60,806 nucleotides of DNA from a virus (taxonomy: Duplodnaviria > Caudoviricetes). Where the stretch lies: IMG/VR virus record IMGVR_UViG_3300042894_001153, positions 1-60,806 of that record. One strand, written 5' to 3'. Under the pieces are notes generated by a model. The model did not search any database and was not told the DNA's origin. It saw nothing but the letters and a program-made list of their open reading frames with translations. Below, in pieces: positions 8,810-16,541 of this stretch (its first letter is position 1; every line of letters begins with the position of its first letter). Position numbers and translations under genes: made by a program.

Positions 8810-10401
8810 TCTGCTGAGTAGGTTCTTGCCATTGTGATAATGGCGTTGGTTGATAATATCGTTACTGCCACAGATACTGCGTTCTGAAGCGCACTTTTAG
8901 TTACCTTTAACGGGTCTATTACACCAAGCTCATACATATCTCCCCACACGTTGTTCTTCACATCAAGACCGTAGCTGTAATTCATATTAGCCATAACGAT
9001 ATCCTTTAATCCTGCGTTTCTCAAGATTTGATTCATCGGTGATGCTAATGCCTCGGCAAGTATCTTATCTGCAATAGATTGCTCACTTGTGTTTTTAGAT
9101 AGTATCTTAATAGCTTCTTTAAACAATGCAACTCCACCACCTGGGAGTATACCCTCCTCAAGTGCAGACCTCACAGCACAAACTGCATCATCCACTCTAT
9201 CGTAAAGCTCCTTCTGCTCTAAGTCTGTATTTCCACCTACGTAGATTACACCTACTCCACCTGATAAAGATGCAATCCTTGACAAAATAAATTCCTTATC
9301 AGCTTTCTTCTTAGAAATCCTGTGTGCAGACCATAACTGATTTACACGCTCTGTAATGGCTTCATTATTCTTTATGGACTTATCCCTTACCACGATGGTA
9401 GAATCCTTCTCTACGATGACTTTCTGTGCGTGTCCGAGGTCGTCTACGGTCATTATGCTAAGGTCGTCTCCTGTCTTCTCTGAGAAGTAGGTTGCTCCAA
9501 CCGTTAGTGCAATGTCCTGCATCAGCTCGTGCTGCTTGTAACCGAAGTTCGGTGGCTGTATCGCACATATCTTCAATCCGTTCTTCATCACGTTGGCAGC
9601 CAACGTATTTATCACGTTCTGAGAACACGGTGCTATAATAAGCAACTTCTTACCCTCGTTTATAATTGGTTTAAGTACGTTCTCAATGGTAAGTAAATTA
9701 TTTATCTCTGCATCACTCACAAGTACGTACGTGTCTTCAAAGACACAATCGTCCTTCTCGTGGTCTGTGACAAACAGGTTTGACATATACCCTCTGTCTA
9801 TCTTTAATCCATTGGTGGTCTCGTAGTACGTCTCAGAGGTCTGTGAGTTCGCTATCGTTACAATACCGTTCTTGCCAACTTTCTTGTACACGTCACTTAT
9901 GGTCTTACCCAAAGCTACGTCGTTGTTCGCTGAGATAATCGCAACATTCGCTAAGGTCGCATTTGATACCTTCCTTGAGTTTGCCTTTAGGCTATCAACC
10001 ACACCATTAGTTACAGTTACCATATCCCTTAACACTTGAGTCTTGTTCACACCATCAACGATGTACTTAAAGCCTGCTTTTACCAAGGCCTCGGTCAATA
10101 CTATCGCAGTGGTCGTGCCATCGCCTGCCGATGTCGCAGTCCTGTCTGCTGCCTCCTTCATCATCCTTACAGCCAAGTTTTCAATTGGGTCTAATAACTC
10201 AATCGACCTCGCAACAGTTACACCATCCTTAGTAACAGTAATTCCGTGTGTGTGATGTGGTGACTCTATTAGCACGGTCTGTCCACTTGGGCCAAGAGTT
10301 GACTTTACAGCCTTTGAGATTGTCTCTATACCCTTGAATAACTTTTCTCTTCCTTCCTCATCGAACTTGATGTCCTTTGGTGAGTATCCTAAATTTGACA
10401 T
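8806..10401 (-). CDS. groEL: Chaperonin GroEL
   Basis: TLGPSG, TKDGVTVA, GDGTTT, GGGVAL, VIDPLKV motifs; no GGM tail. Confidence 0.97.
   Translation of the reverse strand: MSNLGYSPKDIKFDEEGREKLFKGIETISKAVKSTLGPSGQTVLIESPHHTHGITVTKDGVTVARSIELLDPIENLAVRMMKEAADRTATSAGDGTTTAIVLTEALVKAGFKYIVDGVNKTQVLRDMVTVTNGVVDSLKANSRKVSNATLANVAIISANNDVALGKTISDVYKKVGKNGIVTIANSQTSETYYETTNGLKIDRGYMSNLFVTDHEKDDCVFEDTYVLVSDAEINNLLTIENVLKPIINEGKKLLIIAPCSQNVINTLAANVMKNGLKICAIQPPNFGYKQHELMQDIALTVGATYFSEKTGDDLSIMTVDDLGHAQKVIVEKDSTIVVRDKSIKNNEAITERVNQLWSAHRISKKKADKEFILSRIASLSGGVGVIYVGGNTDLEQKELYDRVDDAVCAVRSALEEGILPGGGVALFKEAIKILSKNTSEQSIADKILAEALASPMNQILRNAGLKDIVMANMNYSYGLDVKNNVWGDMYELGVIDPLKVTKSALQNAVSVAVTILSTNAIITMARTYSAE
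9731..9746. repeat. Palindrome copy 1 GTGTCTTCAAAGACAC (inside groEL)
   Basis: Read directly. Confidence 0.95.
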
Positions 10402-10480
10402 ATGATTGAATTATAATTAGGCAAAGATACAAACCTTTTCATATTATAAAAAAGAAAAAAGCTAAATGTCAGAATGCAGT

Positions 10481-10617
10481 TTTGCACCTTTCCTATTCTC
10501 TCTATATTAAATTATCTATTTATATATTATTTTTTTGAATAGAATTTGACTTTAAAATCAACATTTTCAACACTACTATTAATAATCAATTAGTTAACTA
10601 TATGGAATTAACATAAA
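10481..10617. promoter_or_regulatory. Origin-like element A (homologous to 22789-22920)
   Basis: TTTGCACC, AT-rich tract, AACATTTTCAACACTA, AATCAATTAGTTA, AACATAAA. Confidence 0.5.
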
Positions 10618-10698
10618 CAGGCCACGATTACTACACAAAAAGTGTCGAAAGTATATACAATTATACGAGAATGATACTGTTCAAAAAATGTACAATTT

Positions 10699-10725
10699 AA
10701 AAAGAGGGGTAATCAGCCCCTCTTT
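10699..10725 (-). terminator. Rho-independent terminator
   Basis: AAAGAGGGG/CCCCTCTTT hairpin with a T-run on the minus strand, downstream of 10762-10944. Confidence 0.7.
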
Positions 10726-10761
10726 AAGAAAACATAAAATATAACCCAATTCAAAAATCGT

Positions 10762-10944
10762 CTAATCTTCTAAGCCAAGTATCTTCATTTTTACCTCAGC
10801 TCGTACATAAGCTTCCTCCATCATAGAGATTTTTTTCTCTCTCTTAATCATCTGCTTTGCATCAATTGCTTGTTGTAATCCTGTTACACCCATAGGTCTA
10901 TTATCAGGCTTTCTTTCACTTGAACCCATTAATCCTTTTTTCAT
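10762..10944 (-). CDS. Hypothetical protein (leaderless candidate)
   Basis: 60 aa; TACCTTTG 4 nt upstream of ATG. Confidence 0.65.
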   Translation of the reverse strand: MKKGLMGSSERKPDNRPMGVTGLQQAIDAKQMIKREKKISMMEEAYVRAEVKMKILGLED

Positions 10945-11093
10945 TTAACAAAGGTAATACTTTTTTTCAGATAATCATAGTGTTTGGATACCCCATAGCG
11001 CTGTGGAAGCCGACCCGATTTGGAAAGTCATTTTATTTTTAGGGGTGGGGGTGCTGATTACCTTGCCCCTTGTCTGATTTTTTGGCTTTTTGC

Positions 11094-11170
11094 TACACGT
11101 GTGCGTGTGTGTACGTGTGTGTGTACGTGTGTATGTGTGTGCGTTATGCGTGTGTGTGTGCGTGTGCGCA
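11094..11170. repeat. Alternating purine-pyrimidine (GT-rich) tract
   Basis: 51 bp plus 26 bp of perfect RY alternation with one phase slip at 11144/11145. Confidence 0.9.
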
Positions 11171-11473
11171 GTTCCTTTTGCTTGCTGTATGGTGTGTGTC
11201 CTTGTCTATTTACTGAGAGACAATATTTTTTATTCAATTGTATTGCATTCTATTTGTGCTGTAATTTTTACCTGATGCATTACCAGTATGCGCATATTTT
11301 CTTGTAACTGATTGATTCTCATTCAAAATGTCGGTTTTATTACCTATTTGCGCTGTCTTAATTATTCGCTCACGTGTTTACTCACTTTGCGCTGTCTTAT
11401 TTGACATAATTTTTAATACTTTTTTCTCTCCTTTGCCGATTTTAAGAATATTTGCACCAAAAATTTATACTTT

Positions 11474-11489
11474 GTGTCCTTGAAGACAC
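11474..11489. repeat. Palindrome copy 2 GTGTCCTTGAAGACAC (non-coding junction)
   Basis: Read directly. Confidence 0.95.
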
Positions 11490-11675
11490 AGTCATATCAA
11501 CAGTCTTCACGTCTTGCACTATCCCTATCCCTTGCTATCACTACATAAACGAAAGATGGTGAACATCGAAATCACATAAAAACATTCTTTTTTAATTTTT
11601 TTTTAAAATCTTTCTCGCTCATTATCAGCAAGTTACAGCTGAAAATCACTTTTTTTTAAAAATATTTTTTTACCT

Positions 11676-11707
11676 ATTGTTTATGTCATATGAATACCCC
11701 ATCTTTG
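11676..11707 (+). promoter_or_regulatory. Early promoter, Bacteroidota sigma-A type (variant)
   Basis: ATTG-N20-CATCTTTG upstream of the first early gene; same spacing as the promoters at 15285 and 19149. Confidence 0.55.
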
Positions 11708-11789
11708 TATTGTTGAATTAGACGAAAAATAAACGAGACATATACTACATATATACTACATATAACATAAACAATTAATAATCAATCAA

Positions 11790-12419
11790 ATGGAACAATT
11801 ACTAACAATCGAACAAAACTTTCTAAGTTTACCAACATCTAAGATGGGATTCAACCTTACTGAAGTTAACAAGGCAAAACGCCTAATTACAAATGCGCAA
11901 AAATCGAAGTTTGCACACACTATGCATTTAGCATCTTGCATCAAAACAGCTGTGGAGTATTTCGAGTCACCACAATGCCAAGCATTAATGCAGACTGAAG
12001 GTATATCTTGGAACAAGGAGGATTTAGGCATCAAGGTATTCGGATATCAAAAAAGCTATTTTCATAAATTGCTTAGGGCATCCAAGGTGAGTGAGCAAAT
12101 ATTGACTGCATACAACAGCAAATGTGACGAGATAGCAGATGCCGAGCGCAGTATTGCAGGACTGCTTGAATTTAGCAAGAACGTGAATGTAGAGGTGAGC
12201 GCAGATGCAACAGCAGAGGAGATTGAAGAAGCAACAGCAGAGGCAATTGAGAGTGCATCAATAGAGAGAACACCGACCATTTTCACAATGTCCTTTAAAA
12301 ATCCAAACGGATGCAATGTAGCTGTAAGGATTGATGCTGACGGCAAATTGAGTACTACCAACAGCACTGAGGATATTATGAACGCAATTGCTTTCCTACA
12401 AGCACAATTGACAGCCTAA
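11790..12419 (+). CDS. First early gene; putative HTH DNA-binding protein with an acidic linker
   Basis: WNKEDLGIKVFGYQKSYFHKLLRASK resembles a ParB/KorB-like HTH; flanked by palindromes on both sides. Confidence 0.55.
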   Translation: MEQLLTIEQNFLSLPTSKMGFNLTEVNKAKRLITNAQKSKFAHTMHLASCIKTAVEYFESPQCQALMQTEGISWNKEDLGIKVFGYQKSYFHKLLRASKVSEQILTAYNSKCDEIADAERSIAGLLEFSKNVNVEVSADATAEEIEEATAEAIESASIERTPTIFTMSFKNPNGCNVAVRIDADGKLSTTNSTEDIMNAIAFLQAQLTA

Positions 12420-12424
12420 AAATT

Positions 12425-12440
12425 GTGTCTTCAAGGACAC
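12425..12440. repeat. Palindrome copy 3 GTGTCTTCAAGGACAC
   Basis: Read directly; 5 bp after the stop codon. Confidence 0.95.
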
Positions 12441-12449
12441 AAACCAAAC

Positions 12450-12496
12450 AGCAGAGTATGGTATCCAAGGATGTTCGATTCGTCCTCTCTGCTCCA
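12450..12496 (+). ncRNA. tRNA minihelix-like element 1 (acceptor stem + T-arm + CCA, no anticodon arm)
   Basis: GCAGAG/CTCTGC, AGGATG-TTCGATT-CGTCCT, then T-CCA. Confidence 0.65.
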
Positions 12497-12517
12497 CAAA
12501 AAATCAAAAAAAATCAT

Positions 12518-13417
12518 ATGGCAACAAAAACCAAAAAAATCGAAGAGTTAGTTTACACTACGGATGGCAATTCAGAAAGAGGCGAAGTACAGCACTATCA
12601 TCGTAAACCACACCCGAGGGAACTGCAAATTGGTGCAAAGCACACCGACATAGCACAGCTAAAGCCAAACCAAAAGCAAAACCTAATCAAGTTTGCCAAT
12701 GGGGACTACAGCTCAAAGTTCACCATCGGTTTTGAGGTCGAGAAAAACAGCCTATCAAGGGGCGCAGTCAAAGAGTATCCATTGTTTTGTGGATTCGAGC
12801 GTGATGGTAGCTGTGGTTACGAGGCAGTGACGAACATTTTGCCTTTGCTTCCATCGGGTAAATGGAGAAACAAAGTTTTCTCAATGATGGTAGATGCAAA
12901 GCGCATCATCGAAGACCAATACAGCCCATCTGATAGGAGATGTGGAGGTCATTGCACCATAGCTGTGGAGGGGATGGATGGTAGAGAGATAATGGAGATG
13001 GTAAGAAAGAATTGTGGTGTTATATGGGCAATGTTCAGAAATAGACTAAGCAATAGTTACTGCTCTCATAACCAAAGACTCATTACGGATTATGACCATA
13101 CACGTGATGGTAGCAGATACCATACAGCCTTAATCAAAGGCAATTGCTTAGAGTTTAGGCTTATTGCAAGGTTTCAATCGGTTAAACAAATGATGCGTAG
13201 GTATGAATTGTTTTATGAATTGGTAAACTTTAGTGTAAACAAGCCAAACGGAAAGTTCAAGGAGTTTTTGAAGATAGTAAAACCAATTGTACTATCTATG
13301 TATGAGGGTGATGTGGCAAAGACTGAAGAGATAATGACCTTATCGGTTAAGATGCAAGATTACATCAACGATGGTACTAACTGCGACGAAATCAGAGAGT
13401 TCGTGAGAGGTTGGTAG
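12518..13417 (+). CDS. Putative amidoligase (COOH-NH2 ligase, Amidoligase_2-like)
   Basis: TIGFEVE, ERDGS, YEAVT, RCGGH, RY, LEFR motifs; likely start MATKTKK. Confidence 0.8.
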   Translation: MATKTKKIEELVYTTDGNSERGEVQHYHRKPHPRELQIGAKHTDIAQLKPNQKQNLIKFANGDYSSKFTIGFEVEKNSLSRGAVKEYPLFCGFERDGSCGYEAVTNILPLLPSGKWRNKVFSMMVDAKRIIEDQYSPSDRRCGGHCTIAVEGMDGREIMEMVRKNCGVIWAMFRNRLSNSYCSHNQRLITDYDHTRDGSRYHTALIKGNCLEFRLIARFQSVKQMMRRYELFYELVNFSVNKPNGKFKEFLKIVKPIVLSMYEGDVAKTEEIMTLSVKMQDYINDGTNCDEIREFVRGW

Positions 13418-13432
13418 TGTCTTCAAAGACAC
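13417..13432. repeat. Palindrome copy 4 GTGTCTTCAAAGACAC (overlaps TAG stop)
   Basis: Read directly. Confidence 0.95.
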
Positions 13433-13433
13433 A

Positions 13434-13482
13434 AGCAAGGTTTGGAAGTTAATGTTGGGTTCGAGTCCCTTCCCTTGCTCTA
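13434..13482 (+). ncRNA. tRNA minihelix-like element 2
   Basis: GCAAGG/CCTTGC, GGG-TTCGAGT-CCC, then T-CTA; same geometry as element 1. Confidence 0.55.
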
Positions 13483-13497
13483 ATTTAATATAATAAA

Positions 13498-13815
13498 ATG
13501 GATACGTTAAACAAACAACAAATCGAAAATGTACTTAATGCCTACAAACAAATGGCTGAGAGTATAAGGTTATCAGACAATGAGACAGCACTTGCAATGT
13601 GCGATGCAAACTTTATGGATTTAGACATCGATAGGTATTGCAAAAAGGTTATGGGCTTGAACATAAACTTACTTGACATCGATGCAATCATCTTTGGTAG
13701 GGCTTATCACCTATATCCTACACCATACGGAATGGTTAATAGGTATAACAAGCATCCTTACGATGCATTGGTAGACAGAATCGTAATTTTAACAAAATAT
13801 TTAAACCAACAATAA
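13498..13815 (+). CDS. Hypothetical early protein
   Basis: 105-aa ORF with an A-rich leader. Confidence 0.65.
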   Translation: MDTLNKQQIENVLNAYKQMAESIRLSDNETALAMCDANFMDLDIDRYCKKVMGLNINLLDIDAIIFGRAYHLYPTPYGMVNRYNKHPYDALVDRIVILTKYLNQQ

Positions 13816-13816
13816 T

Positions 13817-13969
13817 ATGAGAACTATCATCTTTACTTTAGCATCTTTCGTCGGTCTTTGGATGGTCTTCCAAGGCTTAGCGCATCAAAACGGACTAATG
13901 ATTATGGGCGCATTGCTTGTATTCTTTTCATCCTTACTTTTACTTTGGGCAGAAACAAAAAACAAATGA
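13817..13969 (+). CDS. Small two-TM membrane protein
   Basis: Hand translation MRTIIFTLASFVGLWMVFQGLAHQNGLMIMGALLVFFSSLLLLWAETKNK; ATGA coupling to the next gene. Confidence 0.65.
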   Translation: MRTIIFTLASFVGLWMVFQGLAHQNGLMIMGALLVFFSSLLLLWAETKNK

Positions 13970-14340
13970 ACAATAAAAACATCAAGTTCTTTGAGATTGA
14001 GTACAATTACAAAGACAATCCGACAGCAGAAAAAAGGACAGCACTTGTAACCGATGCCGAGTACAGCAAGAAAGTATTTATGGACATCGATGATGAAATC
14101 TTCCACTACGATATGGACGAGGACTACCTGAAGGTATTGGTCGAGTTAGGTGGCAGTACGTTTAACGATTTCATAGTCTACAGCTACAAAGCAATCGAGA
14201 GTGTCCTTGAAGACACAAAGGAAGATAGAATGTACACCGAGATAGAGATGCGATTAGCATTTACGATGGGTAGTCTTCATCAAGTGACGGGAGTTAGTTC
14301 TATCGAGGAGGTATTAGAGAAATTAAATAAAAATATATGA
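13966..14340 (+). CDS. Hypothetical early protein (modular; palindrome internal)
   Basis: Likely start MNNKNIK; C-terminal RMYTEIEMRLAF module follows SVLEDT. Confidence 0.65.
   Translation: MNNKNIKFFEIEYNYKDNPTAEKRTALVTDAEYSKKVFMDIDDEIFHYDMDEDYLKVLVELGGSTFNDFIVYSYKAIESVLEDTKEDRMYTEIEMRLAFTMGSLHQVTGVSSIEEVLEKLNKNI
14201..14216. repeat. Palindrome copy 5 GTGTCCTTGAAGACAC
   Basis: Read directly. Confidence 0.95.
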
Positions 14341-14546
14341 ACAAAATAAATTTTGGCAAGGTTGTGACGATAGTTACAACAGCCGTAGCACTAATGATTT
14401 CAACAAGAGCAATCTTGAGCATCATCAAGGACATCGTATGCAATGAGCATTCATTCTTGGGCATTGCCCATAGGTTGACAATCATTTTCATCATCGCATC
14501 GTTAACATTTTTAGCAATTAAATTCCTAACCTATGAGGACAAGTAG
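14337..14546 (+). CDS. Small membrane protein
   Basis: Two hydrophobic segments. Confidence 0.6.
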   Translation: MNKINFGKVVTIVTTAVALMISTRAILSIIKDIVCNEHSFLGIAHRLTIIFIIASLTFLAIKFLTYEDK

Positions 14547-14952
14547 TATGATAACAATAGAAGATGTATCGAGTGTATGCAGTCAAATGGACTGCACACT
14601 CACACAAGAGCATATGCAATGGATAGTCGAAAACTATTCTCAATTCGAGATGGAAGACTCAACATCCAATTGGTCGGAGATAGTGGAGGATATTATTTAT
14701 AGAAATTTTAACGAACAAATCAAACATTATACGTTGTTAGATATAATGAATACAGAATTAAAAACATTATACGTTGTTAGATATAATGACGTATACGGAA
14801 ACGGAGACAAGCAAAAACTTGAGGTCATTGTTCAGGATAGGAATCAGTTCTTAGAATGGTTAGAAGAACACAATGAGTGCAGAGGTTCTGAGGACGAAGG
14901 CGAGGAAGAGTTCGATTTAATACCATTACCCCTATATAAACCAACAGTATGA
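14533..14952 (+). CDS. Hypothetical acidic protein, apparent fusion with an internal 28-bp duplication
   Basis: ORF track; repeat 14722-14749 / 14762-14789. Confidence 0.6.
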   Translation: MRTSSMITIEDVSSVCSQMDCTLTQEHMQWIVENYSQFEMEDSTSNWSEIVEDIIYRNFNEQIKHYTLLDIMNTELKTLYVVRYNDVYGNGDKQKLEVIVQDRNQFLEWLEEHNECRGSEDEGEEEFDLIPLPLYKPTV

Positions 14953-15182
14953 GCGATGAACAATTGTACGACATAATGTGCATCGACGAGGATGGCTATG
15001 AAATAGCGCACCAAAGAGAGATGTCATACCTGAATGCCCACAAAGAAAAGAATCGCCTTGAGAGTCTGTATCCCAATATTGTATACTACCTATCGTTGTC
15101 AGTGTTAGAGGAAGAGGAGGAAGAGAGGCATTATAACGAACGTGCTGTAGATGGGTGGGAGGATATGTTCCCTGAGTATTAG
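14949..15182 (+). CDS. Hypothetical acidic protein
   Basis: 77-aa ORF, ATGA coupling. Confidence 0.65.
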   Translation: MSDEQLYDIMCIDEDGYEIAHQREMSYLNAHKEKNRLESLYPNIVYYLSLSVLEEEEEERHYNERAVDGWEDMFPEY

Positions 15183-15197
15183 TGTCTTTAAAGACAC
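15182..15197. repeat. Palindrome copy 6 GTGTCTTTAAAGACAC (overlaps TAG stop)
   Basis: Read directly; perfect palindrome. Confidence 0.95.
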
Positions 15198-15284
15198 AAA
15201 ATTGTAGGATAGAGTATACATTAGGTGCAAAAATCAGGCTTAATGTATGCTTTATCATACGTCAAAAAAATAAATAAAAATAAA

Positions 15285-15316
15285 TTTGGATAGTATATAT
15301 AATTGTACTATCTTTG
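15285..15316 (+). promoter_or_regulatory. Bacteroidota sigma-A promoter
   Basis: TTTG-N20-TATCTTTG; near-identical context at 19149-19180. Confidence 0.85.
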
Positions 15317-15340
15317 TACCTTAATTAAACGAAATATAAT

Positions 15341-16426
15341 ATGTGCTTAATAATAATCAAACAAAAATCAAAAGAAGTATCAGCAGATGTACTAAAGTCT
15401 GCATCAAAAATCAACAGAGATGGGTTGGGTGTGGTGTGGTTGGATACCTACGAGGTAAGCTACCACAAGTCTAAGGAGTATGAGATTCTGAATACGGATA
15501 GACCATACATTGCACACTTCAGGTATGCGACGGTTGGTAAGGTCTGCATAGAAAATACTCATCCGTTTGTGTGTGGTAAGAACGAGAACGAATTGCTTAT
15601 GATGAACGGAACGATACGTGGCTTGGGTGATGCGAACAAGACAGACAGTAAGGTTCTTGCAGAGTCACTTGGAGATATCGATAGGGGAGCGTGGAGAGGT
15701 GAGTTAGCTAAGCATCCTTGTAGGTTCGTGACCATCAACAAAAAGACGAAGTCATTCGAGATATTCAATAAGCATCTATACACCCAAAAGAATGGTGTGT
15801 GGTACTCTAAAGACGAGGTGCTTGAGGATAACTATATGGCTGTGTACGGCACACTAAAGAAGGGTAACGGGAACTATTGGTCTTACTTGTATGGTTCAAC
15901 ACACGTTGGCAAGGGCAAGACAAAGGATTTGTATCCATTGCTAATCGAGGGGCTTCCGTATCTAATCAATGAGAAGGGAGTTGGTCATAACGTATCGGTA
16001 GATGTGTTCAAGGTGACTGACAGCGTACTAAAGAAAATAGATGCGTTAGAGGGGCATCCGAATTGGTATAGAAGGGAGCAGATACCAATTGTAGTTGGCA
16101 AGAAGGAGGTTATGTGTTGGGTATACTTTAACCCAAGGGAGTTGCGTTCTGATTCAGTTATGCATAAGTCATTCGAGTGGAGCGCACCACCAAAGAAGAT
16201 TGCGCATCAGCTACCATTGATACCAATTTCAAAGGATAAGAGTTTATTGGACGAGTGTACTCAGTACACGTATTGGGAGGACAAGTGGGATGATTTTGAC
16301 AGCATCAAGACACACAGTCCCGTATGCATTGGTTGTTACGGAGACGTGATAAACGATAACTTTGGTAACTACTACTGTAACAAGTGCGATAGTTGGTACT
16401 CAGAGAGCGAGGTGATTAAGTTTTAG
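15341..16426 (+). CDS. Class II glutamine amidotransferase fused to a gamma-glutamylcyclotransferase (AIG2-like) domain and a C-terminal Zn ribbon
   Basis: N-terminal Cys (MCLII), NRDGLG, AHFRYATVG, NTHPF, MMNG, TDS; VYGTLKKG..N and IDALEGHP.WY.R; CIGC...CNKC. Confidence 0.88.
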   Translation: MCLIIIKQKSKEVSADVLKSASKINRDGLGVVWLDTYEVSYHKSKEYEILNTDRPYIAHFRYATVGKVCIENTHPFVCGKNENELLMMNGTIRGLGDANKTDSKVLAESLGDIDRGAWRGELAKHPCRFVTINKKTKSFEIFNKHLYTQKNGVWYSKDEVLEDNYMAVYGTLKKGNGNYWSYLYGSTHVGKGKTKDLYPLLIEGLPYLINEKGVGHNVSVDVFKVTDSVLKKIDALEGHPNWYRREQIPIVVGKKEVMCWVYFNPRELRSDSVMHKSFEWSAPPKKIAHQLPLIPISKDKSLLDECTQYTYWEDKWDDFDSIKTHSPVCIGCYGDVINDNFGNYYCNKCDSWYSESEVIKF

Positions 16427-16441
16427 TGTCTTTAAAGACAC
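16426..16441. repeat. Palindrome copy 7 GTGTCTTTAAAGACAC (overlaps TAG stop)
   Basis: Read directly. Confidence 0.95.
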
Positions 16442-16541
16442 AATCTTACTGACGCAGAGTAAATGCAATGTAAGTGAGATTACCAACAAAGGGGTGCAGT
16501 ATCCTATAAACTGCATTATAAAAAAATTAAATAAAATAAAA

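Noticed and set aside
11020-11307. Cys/Val-rich ORFs (11020-11307, 11090-11275)
   Set aside because: Translation artefacts of the GT-rich tract
12425-12517. N-terminal extension of the amidoligase from GTG 12425
   Set aside because: The GTG is part of the palindrome; ATG 12518 has the A-rich leader typical of Bacteroidota
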